NCBI GenBank assembly: GCA_965224245.1 | Contig: CBDCYW010000007.1 | Span: 1-26,895 of the forward strand | Direction: 5' to 3' | Length of the DNA stretch: 26,895 bases | Origin: Candidatus Eiseniibacteriota bacterium | GTDB taxonomy: Bacteria; Eisenbacteria; RBG-16-71-46; CAZAMP01 | Shown here: positions 1 to 9,989 of the stretch, piece by piece | Layout of the letters: each line of letters begins with the position of its first letter | Numbering within the stretch: the first letter of the stretch is position 1 | Translations under genes and position numbers: made by a program | The notes under the pieces: generated by a model | Database searches by the model: none | The model's input: only the letters and a program-made list of their open reading frames with translations | What the model was told of the DNA's origin: nothing

Positions 1-1
1 C

Positions 2-724
2 AGCCCGAACCCGGACCAGCCGCGGAAGCACTTCGACGAGGAGAAGCTCCAGGAGCTCGCCGAGTCCATCAAAACGCGCGGCGTGCTCCAGCCGCTCATC
101 GTGAAGCGACTCGACGGGGATTCGTTCCTGCTTGTCGCCGGCGAACGTCGCTACCGCGCCGCGTGCATCGCCGGTCTCACGACCGTTCCCGCGATTCTCA
201 CGAGCGACGACGAGCAGGAAATCGCGCTCATCGAGAACCTCCAGCGCGAGGACCTGAACCCGGTCGAAGAGGCCCAGGCGCTTGCCGCGCTCCAGCACGA
301 CCGCGGCTACACCCAGGAGAAACTCTCCGCCATCGTCGGGAAGTCCCGCGTCACGGTCACGGAAATCCTGTCCCTGAATGAGCTTCCCGACCAAATCAAA
401 GAGGAATGTCGGACGTCCGACATTGCCCGGAAGAGCCAGCTTCTCCAGGTCGTTCGCGAGAAGGACCCCGCGAAGCAGCTCTCCCTCTGGGAGGGCATCA
501 AGGCCGGCACCATCACCGTTAAGCAGGCCAGGAAGAAGCGCAAGGACGGCGACGAGAAGAAGGGGAGACCACAGCACGCGAAGAAGGTCTTCGAGGTCGA
601 GGACCTCGGAGCGCAAATCACCGTTACGTTCCACAAGTCACGCGCGACGCGCGAGGAATTCCACAAGGCTCTTCAAGCAGCGACGAGGGAAGCGAAGCGG
701 GAGATAAGTGCGGGGAGGCGCTAG
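2..724 (+). CDS. parB: ParB/Spo0J-family partition protein (5' end outside window)
   Basis: Frame is open from base 2: SPNPDQPRKHF..LAESIKTRGVLQP..LVAGERRYRA (box II GERRxRA), ALIENLQREDL and an HTH (YTQEKLSAIVGKSRVTVTEIL). Confidence 0.95.
   Translation, partial: SPNPDQPRKHFDEEKLQELAESIKTRGVLQPLIVKRLDGDSFLLVAGERRYRAACIAGLTTVPAILTSDDEQEIALIENLQREDLNPVEEAQALAALQHDRGYTQEKLSAIVGKSRVTVTEILSLNELPDQIKEECRTSDIARKSQLLQVVREKDPAKQLSLWEGIKAGTITVKQARKKRKDGDEKKGRPQHAKKVFEVEDLGAQITVTFHKSRATREEFHKALQAATREAKREISAGRR
405..424. promoter_or_regulatory. parS-like palindrome, copy 1 (inside parB)
   Basis: Perfect 20-bp palindrome AATGTCGGACGTCCGACATT. The core TGTCGGACGTCCGACA recurs at three other sites. Confidence 0.8.
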
Positions 725-729
725 CAGGC

Positions 730-1842
730 ATGGAAAGCCCGGCGCGACGGGAAGAGCTACAGAAGTTCTATGAGGGCCTCAGCCCGACGGAGCGGCGCGA
801 GCAGCTCGTGCTCCGTCCGGTGTATCGCGAGGCCTACAACCAGCTCGTCCAGCCGGATGAGATGGTCGGCTTCCCTGGCTCCGCTTACTTCTGGCGGAAG
901 TGGGTTTCGATTCTGAAGCCCACGGCCGCTTCACTCTACGTTGTCCTCCGCGACATCGCCTACGCGAACAAGAACCTTCCCGAAGACGCTTGGTGCTACC
1001 CGAATCAGAGCGAGCTCGCACGCATGCTCGGGCTCTCAGACCGGAAGAACATCCGGCAGCACTTGAACACGCTCGAGAGCCATGGATTCTTGAAGCGGGA
1101 GAAGGACTACCGAGGGGTTCGGGACCAGGAACATGGCGGCAAGCTCGCCCGCCAGAAGGCGTCCGTCTACCACGTCTACTACGAGATTCCGCTCATTCCA
1201 GAAGACGCCGTGACCCTGCTCCTCCTCCGTGAGGGCATCGCTAACCCGTTGGGACACAACACTCTCTCCAGTGTGGGGGGAAAGCCTCCTCATTGGGATG
1301 GAGGGAAACCCTCCTCACTGGTGGACCAGGTGGAGGGAAACCCCCCACGAACCCCGAGTTATCCACAGGACGAGACCAGTGTGGGGGGTTTTGACCGGGG
1401 GAAACCCCCCAGCATTAACGTTAGAGACTCTAACGTCTATTCAACGTTAGATAACGTTAGGGAGCAAGGCTCCTTTTCAAGAACCCGGAAGGGCAAGCCC
1501 TCTGCGTTCAAGGCAGACCCTCGAGTCGCCAACCTACCTCCGCTCGAGAAGGCCAAGAAGGAAGAGCTCGTCCGCGAGATTGCCCGCACTCTCAACAAGT
1601 GCAAGGGCGACCACGGCAACGACGAGCACAAGAGCGCCGGCTTCCACCGCCGTGTCGCCTACTTCATGCCGAGTCATCTCGTCCAAGAAGCGCTCGTCGC
1701 CGTCCAGGACCAGCACTACGAGGCGAACGTCGCCGGCAACAAGCAGCTCGGAGACGCCAGCGCCTACTTCGCCGGCATCGTTCGGAAGATGGCCGAGCAA
1801 GAAGGCATCAGCCTCGAGCCGGTGGGGGGGAGGCGCTCATGA
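730..1842 (+). CDS. Putative plasmid replication initiator with N-terminal winged HTH
   Basis: Directly follows parB. HTH_36-like segment WCYPNQSELARMLGLSDRKNIRQHLNTLESHGFL, a low-complexity linker encoded by iterons, and a C-terminal helical domain (..ASAYFAGIVRK). Confidence 0.8.
   Translation: MESPARREELQKFYEGLSPTERREQLVLRPVYREAYNQLVQPDEMVGFPGSAYFWRKWVSILKPTAASLYVVLRDIAYANKNLPEDAWCYPNQSELARMLGLSDRKNIRQHLNTLESHGFLKREKDYRGVRDQEHGGKLARQKASVYHVYYEIPLIPEDAVTLLLLREGIANPLGHNTLSSVGGKPPHWDGGKPSSLVDQVEGNPPRTPSYPQDETSVGGFDRGKPPSINVRDSNVYSTLDNVREQGSFSRTRKGKPSAFKADPRVANLPPLEKAKKEELVREIARTLNKCKGDHGNDEHKSAGFHRRVAYFMPSHLVQEALVAVQDQHYEANVAGNKQLGDASAYFAGIVRKMAEQEGISLEPVGGRRS
1268..1460. repeat. Putative oriV inside rep: iterons, DnaA box and AT-rich repeats
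   Basis: GGGAAA(C/G)CC repeats at ~1274, 1299, 1331 and 1397; CCAGTGTGGGGGG at 1268 and 1376; TTATCCACA at 1359-1367; (T)AACGTTAG-like repeats at 1416, 1431, 1443 and 1452. Confidence 0.8.
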
Positions 1843-1898
1843 GGAGCAGAAGGCGAATCCCTGGAGCGTTCCCGGTGACCTCCGAGAGAGCAAGACCA

Positions 1899-1916
1899 AT
1901 GTCGGACGTCCGACAT
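1899..1916. promoter_or_regulatory. parS-like palindrome, copy 2
   Basis: ATGTCGGACGTCCGACAT, just downstream of rep. Confidence 0.8.
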
Positions 1917-1935
1917 CGACCGCGCGGGGATTCAG

Positions 1936-2118
1936 ATGAATGAAAGCGTAGAGCTCCTGCTCGAGCACCTCGACGAAGGGACTTTCTCACGAGAGCTCGT
2001 AGAGCTCCTCCGCGACCGCGACCCCAGCACTTGGCCTGACGCCGTGAGAGAGGCGCTCCGGAATCGTGTAGCAAACGAAATGGCTCGAATACGCGATGCC
2101 CAGAATTCACTGGATTGA
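1936..2118 (+). CDS. Small acidic helical protein (60 aa) overlapping the ATPase gene
   Basis: Protein-like composition. Its 3' end overlaps the start of the 839-aa ATPase gene. Confidence 0.6.
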   Translation: MNESVELLLEHLDEGTFSRELVELLRDRDPSTWPDAVREALRNRVANEMARIRDAQNSLD

Positions 2119-4615
2119 AGTCCGGGGCTTCCGCTCATTCGGAAGCGACCCCCAGCGCCTCAGCTTCGAGAGCGACCTTGCCCTTGTCTGGGGTCCGAAC
2201 AGCCAAGGCAAGACGAGCCTCGCCGAGGCCGCAGAGTTTCTCTTCACTGGCGAGACGAGCCGCCGCGAGTTTCTCGCAAGCGCCAAACGCGAATTCGCAG
2301 ACTCGCTCCGCAACGCCCACCTTGCCGCCGGCGACGTTGTCTCCGTTCGCGCCAGCATTGACGATGACGCGGGTACACCCCATACCATCGAAAGGGTCCT
2401 CACCGCTGACTACCGCCCCCGAGAGGACTGCACAAGCACTCTCACCATCGATGGAGCAGAGGCGCCCGACCTCACGAGCCTCGGAATCCATCTCTCGCAG
2501 CCACCCCTTCGTGCTCCAGTGCTAATGCAGCACTGCCTTCGATATGTCCTTTCGGCTGGCCCGCAGGCACGAAGCGACTACTTCAAAGCGGTGCTTGAGG
2601 TGGCTGGACTCGAGAGGGTCCGTTCGGCGGTCGACAGAGGGGCCGATGCCCTTGGTACGGAAGAGCCCGAGACCTTCGGGCACCTAGCGACCTGCCTCAC
2701 CGACGCAACCCTCCGTCCCTCGCTCAGTGCTCTTCAGGCGGAGACTCGCCCGACGCAAGAACTCGTCGACGAGGCGCTCAACGCCGCGCTGGGCTCGGCT
2801 CTTTCAGGCGTGGACCCGCTTCCGGACAACCTCGCGTCTCGACGGACACTTGTGAATGAGCGCGTCCAGGCAGCACGAGCGGCCGCATTTCCAGTGGACG
2901 GGTTTCAGACGGGCGCGGCAATCGTCGTTTCGGAATTGACAGAAGAAGCCGTATGGGCACCGCTTCGTGAGTTTGCCGGCTTCGCCGCAGAGACTGACCA
3001 GGAGGTGGCCAGGCTCACGGACCTCTTCACGGCTGTTCTCGCCGTGCCGGCGGTGGCCGATGCCACGGAACCAATCGACTGTCCCGTCTGCACAACCCCG
3101 CGCGCGCTCACCCCGGAGCGCATCGCGACAATTCGCCGTGAACTTGAGGCGACACGTCGCTTCCGTGACGCCCGCTCGCGGGCGGTCACCGCGCTACGCG
3201 CTGTTGGGGGTTTCGCAACGAGCATCAGGCGGCAGAGCGACACCGCCTGCCCCGACTTCTTTGGTTGGACCGTTGAAGAACGCACCCGGCGTGGATTCAC
3301 GGACGCGGCCATTGCTGAGCTCTTGGGTGACCGCGCCGACGAGCTCGTTCCGCCATGGACGGAGCGCCGAGCAGAGCTCACGGCTGTGTACGAACAAGCA
3401 ACCTCACAGGCGACGGCCCTGCAAGAGGCTGTTGCGGCCCTGCAGACTGAGAACATCCGAACGGCTGACGTCACTAGCCTCCAGGAACAAGCCACGACCC
3501 TTGCTGAGAGCGCCCAAGCAGTTCAGACGGAGCTCGGGAACTATCTTCCCGCCCAACGCCGAATCGTCGACCCAATTAACGCCGACATCGACGCGAGACG
3601 AAACTTAGCCGCCCAGCAAGCTCTCATCGACCTCGTGGACGCAAGAACGACCTTCTATGACGACCTCGTCGCGGCTCGAGCACGCGCAAACGTGCGCGCG
3701 CTTGTCGAAACAGCCCTCGAAGAGATTGATGCCGCCGGAGCTGCTGTCTTTGATGCTCGTTTCACCGAGCTCGGCGACGAGATAGGTCGATGGTGGCGAC
3801 TACTTCGCGCCGACGAGGCCACGTACTTCGATGGAGTCCGTCGAGCGGGCACGGGGCGGCGGTATGTCGACCTCAAAGCCGGGCTTTCGGAACGTGCAGA
3901 TGGTTCCCAGCCCGGCGCAATCCGAGACGCAGTCGCCGTGTTTAGCGACTCTCAGCTCAACTGTCTCGGCCTTGCTGCCTTTCTCGCCAGGATTGTGCGC
4001 GAGAACGGTGGGTTCGTCATCCTCGACGACCCCGTTCCCGCAAGCGACACCGATTATCAAACGCCTTTCGTGGCCAACGTCCTCGACGAGCTACTCGGCC
4101 TTCCTTGTCAGGTCATCGTTCTAACGCATGACCACCGCTTCTCAGAGAGTATCCAGACGCGCCACCAACACCGAACACCCGACGTGTATCAGGTGACTCT
4201 TGAGGACCCGCGCGACGGCTCTATGGTCCAGCGGACCACAGACTACATCGACCAGATGCTCGCACGAGCCCACCCATTCACCGGGCGGCACGACCCGGAG
4301 AGTCGAAAGACCGCAGCGCGCCACCTTCGTGACGGAACGGAGAGGTTCTGCAAGATTCTTCTCATTCGCGACGAGCACGCAAGAGGGAACACCGCCGCGT
4401 CCCTTGACGACTACACGGGAAACGATGGAACTCTTGCAGCGCTCGAACCACAGGTCATTCCGTTGCTCACACAAGACCCGTCCCACCCCGGGAAGCTGAC
4501 GTCGCTTCGGCGCCACCTAAACCCAGGCGGGCACGACGACACACCGCCTGAGTCTTCGGCCCTTCGTGTGTGCTACGGCGACTTGAAGAGATTTAAGAGT
4601 GACTATCTCAGCTAG
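2096..4615 (+). CDS. SMC/Rad50-like ABC ATPase with zinc hook and C-terminal HEPN-like domain (RloC-like architecture)
   Basis: Walker A GPNSQGKTS, coiled coils with central CPVC, signature FSDSQ, Walker B VILDDP, H-loop VLTHD, and C-terminal RHLRDGTER...RHLNPGGH. Confidence 0.85.
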   Translation: MPRIHWIEVRGFRSFGSDPQRLSFESDLALVWGPNSQGKTSLAEAAEFLFTGETSRREFLASAKREFADSLRNAHLAAGDVVSVRASIDDDAGTPHTIERVLTADYRPREDCTSTLTIDGAEAPDLTSLGIHLSQPPLRAPVLMQHCLRYVLSAGPQARSDYFKAVLEVAGLERVRSAVDRGADALGTEEPETFGHLATCLTDATLRPSLSALQAETRPTQELVDEALNAALGSALSGVDPLPDNLASRRTLVNERVQAARAAAFPVDGFQTGAAIVVSELTEEAVWAPLREFAGFAAETDQEVARLTDLFTAVLAVPAVADATEPIDCPVCTTPRALTPERIATIRRELEATRRFRDARSRAVTALRAVGGFATSIRRQSDTACPDFFGWTVEERTRRGFTDAAIAELLGDRADELVPPWTERRAELTAVYEQATSQATALQEAVAALQTENIRTADVTSLQEQATTLAESAQAVQTELGNYLPAQRRIVDPINADIDARRNLAAQQALIDLVDARTTFYDDLVAARARANVRALVETALEEIDAAGAAVFDARFTELGDEIGRWWRLLRADEATYFDGVRRAGTGRRYVDLKAGLSERADGSQPGAIRDAVAVFSDSQLNCLGLAAFLARIVRENGGFVILDDPVPASDTDYQTPFVANVLDELLGLPCQVIVLTHDHRFSESIQTRHQHRTPDVYQVTLEDPRDGSMVQRTTDYIDQMLARAHPFTGRHDPESRKTAARHLRDGTERFCKILLIRDEHARGNTAASLDDYTGNDGTLAALEPQVIPLLTQDPSHPGKLTSLRRHLNPGGHDDTPPESSALRVCYGDLKRFKSDYLS

Positions 4616-4671
4616 GGGGAGCTTTTCCAGTGCGCGCGATGCGTCTAAGGTAGGAGTTGTGGGAGAGGCAC

Positions 4672-5346
4672 ATGATTGAAACTCCAGTCCAAACCGTCCT
4701 CGGGACCTTGAGCGACATCGAGGAGAAGAACGCACCTGAGACGCTCTACCTCCGGGGGAACGCGAAGCTCCTTCGCGGTGGGCTGCGCGTGTGCGTCATC
4801 GGCACGCGGAAGCCCACGGACGCCGGCCGAGAGAATGCGCGGACCTACAGTGAGTTTCTCGCGAGCCGTGGCGTCATCGTCGTGAGCGGTCTCGCGATGG
4901 GCATCGACACCGTTGCCCACAAGACGGCCATCGAGAGCGGCGGAAGCACCATCGCCGTTCTCGGCACACCGCTCGACCAGGTGAGCCCCACACAAAACCG
5001 GGAGCTCCAGGAGACCATCGGCCGCGACCACCTCCTCGTCTCGCAGTTCGCCTCGGGTTCGCGCGTCTACCCGGGAAACTTCCCGGCGCGAAACCGCACG
5101 ATGGCGCTTCTTTCGGACGCGACCATCATCATCGAAGCGAGCGAAAGCAGTGGTACGGCGCACCAGGGCTGGGAGGCGCTCCGACTTGGACGACCGCTCT
5201 TCATGCTCGAGCCGGTCGTCAGCGCGGGCCATGACTGGGCGAACAAGATGCTCGACTACGGTGCCTACGTTCTCGCCGCACCGGACGAGCTCTACGAGGC
5301 GCTCCCGATTCGAATGAGAGCGGCGAATGACGGCCCGGCTTTCTGA
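4672..5346 (+). CDS. dprA: DprA/Smf-like Rossmann-fold protein (core domain only)
   Basis: Motifs VIGTRKP, VSGLAMGIDTVAH, AVLGTPLD, FPARNRTMA, EASESSGT. GGAGAGG RBS precedes ATG 4672. Lacks the SAM and wHTH domains of competence DprA. Confidence 0.9.
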   Translation: MIETPVQTVLGTLSDIEEKNAPETLYLRGNAKLLRGGLRVCVIGTRKPTDAGRENARTYSEFLASRGVIVVSGLAMGIDTVAHKTAIESGGSTIAVLGTPLDQVSPTQNRELQETIGRDHLLVSQFASGSRVYPGNFPARNRTMALLSDATIIIEASESSGTAHQGWEALRLGRPLFMLEPVVSAGHDWANKMLDYGAYVLAAPDELYEALPIRMRAANDGPAF

Positions 5347-5968
5347 GCTCACATTTGGCTCGTTCCTCGTCTATCCGTCGAAAGCCGACACTGAGAAAGC
5401 AGCGGGGTTCAAAGATGCCGTTCTCTCCATCAAGGGTGACCGCTTCCTCCACAAGGAGAACATGCGCTGGCCCGCCTACGCGGCGAAGCGACTCGTGGAC
5501 GAGCTTCCCGGGTCCGCCCTTGAGGGGTTCTTCTCGCCGGATGCCGTTCTCGTTCCTCTGCCGCGAAGCGGGCTCCTGCAGAAGAACGCTCTCTGGCCGG
5601 CGCATCGCATCGCCGCCGAGCTCGTGCGCTGCCACCTGGGGCAGCGGGTCGAGACCATCGTTCAACGCCAGACCGCAATGCGGAAATCGACGACCGCAGA
5701 GCATCGGCCGTCGCCACGGGAGCACCTTGAGTCGTTTGCGCCAGTGCTCCCGATTCTCGAGAGGGCGGTTGTCCTCGTCGACGACATCATCACCCGGGGC
5801 TCAACGGCGCTCGCAGCCGCATGGGCCATCCGCGATGCGATGCCGGGCGCCGAGGTGAAGGTCTTCGCAATGGCCCGGACGATTTGGGAGGAAGCAGATG
5901 ACATCGTCGACATCGTCGTGGGAAAGACCACCCTCGAAGGCACGAACTACCTCCACCGAGAGCCGTGA
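5327..5968 (+). CDS. ComF-like phosphoribosyltransferase
   Basis: PRPP-binding motif VVLVDDIITRGST and VLVPLP. Overlaps the DprA-like gene. Confidence 0.85.
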   Translation: MTARLSELTFGSFLVYPSKADTEKAAGFKDAVLSIKGDRFLHKENMRWPAYAAKRLVDELPGSALEGFFSPDAVLVPLPRSGLLQKNALWPAHRIAAELVRCHLGQRVETIVQRQTAMRKSTTAEHRPSPREHLESFAPVLPILERAVVLVDDIITRGSTALAAAWAIRDAMPGAEVKVFAMARTIWEEADDIVDIVVGKTTLEGTNYLHREP

Positions 5969-6029
5969 CGATGCCGACGCACGCAGGCCGGATAATGACA
6001 AGGCCACAGGCTTCATGGAAGACTGAGAC

Positions 6030-8408
6030 ATGCCGCTGAACGAAGCCGACACCTGCCGACGATACGTCACACCCGCTCTGGTTGGAGCGGGCTGGGATGA
6101 AGAGCCCCACCGGCTGAACGAACAAATCACGTTCACCGACGGCCGTATTGTCGTTGTCGGGCACAGTGCCCGCCGGCGCGTCGGGAAACGCGCCGACTAC
6201 TTGCTTCGCTACAGACCAAATCTGCCGATAGCTGTCGTCGAAGCGAAAGCCGAAGACCTTCCGGCCGGGAACGGTCTCCAGCAGGCAAAGGACTATGCGG
6301 AAATCCTTGGCCTCAAGTTCGCTTACTCGACCAACGGCCACGGCATCATCGAATTCGACTACACGACCGGGGAAGAGAAGGAGCTCGACCGCTACCCTGC
6401 TCCGGACGAGCTGTGGACCCGACTAGCATCGTCGGAGCACATCACCGACGAAATCGCGTCAAAACTCCTCGAGCCCTTCTACCACCTCGCTGGGAAGACG
6501 CCGCGCTACTACCAGGAAACAGCCATCAACCGAACCGTTCAGGCGGTGCTCCAGGGCAATCCGCGGAACCTTCTCACGATGGCGACCGGCACCGGAAAGA
6601 CGTTCGTTGCCTTCCAAATCTGTTGGAAGCTCTGGTCGGCGCGCTGGAACCGCGACGGAGCACATAGGCGACCGCGCGTGCTCTACCTCGCAGACCGCAA
6701 CATTCTTGTCGACGACCCGATGGCGAAAGACTTCGCGCCGTTCGGTGATGCGCGTTTCAAAATCGAGAAGGGAGAAATCAGCAAGGCACGGGAGATGTAC
6801 TTCGCCATCTACCAGGCCATCGCCAAGGACGAGCTCCGGCCAGGGCTCTACAAGCAGTATTCGCCCGACTACTTCGACCTCATCGTCGTCGACGAGTGCC
6901 ACCGCGGAAGTGCTCGAGACGAGAGCAACTGGCGCGAAATCCTCAACTACTTCGCGCCGGCCTTCCAGGTGGGGATGACCGCGACACCGCTTCGCGATGA
7001 CAACGCCGATACTTACAACTACTTTGGCGCGCCGCTTTACACCTACAGTCTTCGCCAGGGCATCGACGATGGCTTCTTGGCCCCGTATCGCGTGCATCGC
7101 GTCCTCACGACTTGGGACGCCGCAGGCTGGCGACCGAGCAAGGATGACCGCGACCGCTACGGCCGCGACATCCCCGACGAGGAGTATCGCACCGAGGACT
7201 TCGAGCGCCGAATTGCCCTCCGTGCTAGAACCCAAGCGCTTGCGAAACACCTCACGGCATTCCTGCAAAAGACGGACCGATTCGGCAAGACGATTGTCTT
7301 CTGCGTCGACCAGGAGCACGCAGACGAAATGCGCCGGGCGCTGACCAACGAGAACAGCGACCTTGTGAAGCACCACCCGGACTACGTTTGCCGAGTAACG
7401 TCGGACGAAGGCGGCATCGGGCGGGGGCACCTGAGCAACTTCCAGGACGTAGAGCGGAAGACCCCGGTGATTCTCACGACGTCGAAGCTGCTCACGACCG
7501 GCGTCGACGCCCCGACGGTCAAGAACGTGGTTCTCGTGCGCGTCGTGAATTCGATGACGGAGTTCAAGCAAATCATAGGCCGCGGAACCCGCGTCCGAGA
7601 TGACTACGACAAGCTCTTTTTCAACATCCTCGACTACACCGGCTCCGCTACCAGGCTCTTCGCAGACCCCGACTTCGATGGCGACCCGGTTATCGTCACG
7701 GAGCAGGAGATCGACGACGAGGGCAACGAGACTGGAGAAAGGAACGTCGTCACGCCCGAGGAAGAGCAGCCGGACGAGCCCGAGGGCGGCCCCGCCGGGC
7801 CGGTCATCAACATCAACGATGATGACGTCGTTCGGCAGAAGTTCTACTTCGACGGTGGCCAGGTCGAAATCGAGGCCCACGTCGTCTATGAGCTCGACGG
7901 TGACGGGCGACAGCTCCGCGTCATCCGGCTTACCGACTACACCGGCGAGTCGGTTCGCACGATGTACACAAACGCTGCCCGTCTCCGCGAGGCGTGGTCC
8001 AAGCCACACGACCGAGCCGACATCATCGAGCGCTTGGCCGAGCGCGGCATCGACTTCGATGAGCTTGCTGCAGCGACGGAGCAGCCGGACGCCGACCCGT
8101 TTGACCTGCTCTGTCACCTGGCTTTCGCAGCGCCGGTCCGGACGAGGCGTGAGCGCGCGCAGCGGCTACGGCGCGAGCGGAAAGACTTCTTTGAGCGGTT
8201 CCGCCCCGAGGCGCGCCAGGTCCTCGACGAGCTCCTCGACAAGTACTGCGAGCACGGGACAGCACAGTTCCTCATCCCGGACGTTCTCGAGCTACCCCCA
8301 ATCAACCGCCACGGAAATGTGCTAGAGATAGCAAAGTTCTTCAGTGGCGAGGAGAAGCTCCGAAACGCGGTGCACCAACTTCAAACACTTCTTTACGAGG
8401 CGGCATAG
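6030..8408 (+). CDS. hsdR: Type I restriction enzyme R subunit (EcoAI/EcoEI-like)
   Basis: N-terminal LNEADTC, nuclease motif ADY..VVEAK, Walker A ATGTGKT, DECH, MTATP, LLTTGVD, FKQIIGRGTR. Confidence 0.95.
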   Translation: MPLNEADTCRRYVTPALVGAGWDEEPHRLNEQITFTDGRIVVVGHSARRRVGKRADYLLRYRPNLPIAVVEAKAEDLPAGNGLQQAKDYAEILGLKFAYSTNGHGIIEFDYTTGEEKELDRYPAPDELWTRLASSEHITDEIASKLLEPFYHLAGKTPRYYQETAINRTVQAVLQGNPRNLLTMATGTGKTFVAFQICWKLWSARWNRDGAHRRPRVLYLADRNILVDDPMAKDFAPFGDARFKIEKGEISKAREMYFAIYQAIAKDELRPGLYKQYSPDYFDLIVVDECHRGSARDESNWREILNYFAPAFQVGMTATPLRDDNADTYNYFGAPLYTYSLRQGIDDGFLAPYRVHRVLTTWDAAGWRPSKDDRDRYGRDIPDEEYRTEDFERRIALRARTQALAKHLTAFLQKTDRFGKTIVFCVDQEHADEMRRALTNENSDLVKHHPDYVCRVTSDEGGIGRGHLSNFQDVERKTPVILTTSKLLTTGVDAPTVKNVVLVRVVNSMTEFKQIIGRGTRVRDDYDKLFFNILDYTGSATRLFADPDFDGDPVIVTEQEIDDEGNETGERNVVTPEEEQPDEPEGGPAGPVININDDDVVRQKFYFDGGQVEIEAHVVYELDGDGRQLRVIRLTDYTGESVRTMYTNAARLREAWSKPHDRADIIERLAERGIDFDELAAATEQPDADPFDLLCHLAFAAPVRTRRERAQRLRRERKDFFERFRPEARQVLDELLDKYCEHGTAQFLIPDVLELPPINRHGNVLEIAKFFSGEEKLRNAVHQLQTLLYEAA

Positions 8409-8414
8409 AAGAGG

Positions 8415-9986
8415 ATGGCCAGAGCGCGAGCAAGCAAAAGCGACCAGCCACTCACCAGCGCACAGCGGCTCGGTTCGCTCATCAAATCCGCGCGTGACAT
8501 CATGCGCAAGGACAAGGGCCTCTCAACCGACCTTGACAGGCTTCCCCTTCTCACGTGGTTGATGTTTCTCAAGTTCCTGGACGACCTCGAGGAACTCGAG
8601 GAATCACGGGCAAAGGTCGCTGGGAAGAAGTACCGGCCGACCATCGAAGCGCCTTACCGGTGGCGTGATTGGGGCGCCAGGGAGGACGGCGTCACCGGGC
8701 CGGAGCTCCTTGCCTTCATTTCCCAAGAAGAGGCGATTCGGCCCGATGGAACGAAGGGGGCTGGACTCCTGCCCTGTCTCCGCGGACTAGCCGATGGCAA
8801 CGGGCATGTGCCAAGAAGGCGCATCGTCGCAGCGGTTTTCAAAGACGTCGCGAATCGCATGCTGTCCGGCTACCTATTGCGTGAGGTCGTCAACAAAGTC
8901 AACGGTATCCACTTTCTTGCGGAAGATGAAGTCTTCACGCTGGGACATCTCTACGAGTCGATGCTCAAGGAGATGCGAGACGGCTGCGGGGGAGAACGGC
9001 GAGTTCTACACACCGCGCCCGGTTGTGAGGTTCATGGTTGAGATGACCGACCCACGGCTCGGTGAGACGGTTCTCGACCCTGCGGCCGGGACCGGTGGGT
9101 TTCTCGCCGAGGCGTTCGCTCACCTGCAAAAACAAGTGAAGACCGTCCAAGACAAGAAGACTCTGCAGGAGAAGTCCCTTTTCGGGGGCGAGGCGAAGCC
9201 ACTTCCCTATCTCCTTTGCCAAATGAATCTTCTGTTGCACGGCTTTGAGCACCCACAGATTAGTCCGGACAACAGCCTTGGCATCAAAATCACGGAGCTG
9301 GGTGAAAAGGACCGGGTCGACGTCGTCCTGACGAATCCACCATTTGGCGGTGAGGAAGAGCGTGGGATTCTTGCGAACTTCCCGTCAGACAAGCAAACGG
9401 CCGAAACGGCCCTCCTTTTTCTCCCAGCTCATTATGCGCAGGCCTACGGCGAAAGGGCGCCCGGGGCAGAGCAGCGGTCGTTGTGCCTGACGGAACGTTG
9501 TTTGGCGACGGCGTGTGCGCCCGCATCAAAGAAGAGCTGCTTAGCCAGTTCAATCTTCATACGGTAGTTCGCCTGCCGAACGGCGTTTTCTCGCCTTACA
9601 CGAACATCAATACGAACCTCCTGTTCTTCGACACCGAGGGCCCGACTAAGACGATTTGGTTCTATGAGCAGCCGTTGCCGGAGGGAAGAAACAACTACAC
9701 GAAGACAAAGCCTCTGACGTACGAGGAGTTTGAGGCGTGTGAGGCCTGGTTTCGTGCCAAACCGCGCCTAGAATCACAACACGCCTGGTCTGTTGAGGTG
9801 GCCGATGTGATTGAGTACGACGCCGACGGGAACCTCCTCTCCGTTGACCTGGACATCAAGAACCCGAACAGCCAAGAAGCGCTCGCGCATCTTCCGCCTA
9901 GCGAGCTCACCCAAGCCATCTTGGATGAGGAGGAAAAGCTGGTAGACATCGTGCGCAGCATTCGAGACGCGCTAGAGGCAAAGTGA
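8415..9986 (+). CDS. hsdM: Type I R-M methyltransferase M subunit, split by three +1 frameshifts (~8982, ~9424, ~9443)
   Basis: GEFYTPR, DPAAGTGGF (motif I), TNPPF (motif IV, m6A) and VRLPNGVFSPY lie across three ORFs. Removing one duplicated base at each site restores a continuous frame. Confidence 0.92.
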
Positions 9987-9989
9987 ATC

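Noticed and set aside
6459-8117. 552-aa minus-strand ORF and other long antisense ORFs (e.g. 4645-5352, 16215-17192)
   Set aside because: Shadow ORFs opposite well-supported genes in high-GC DNA.
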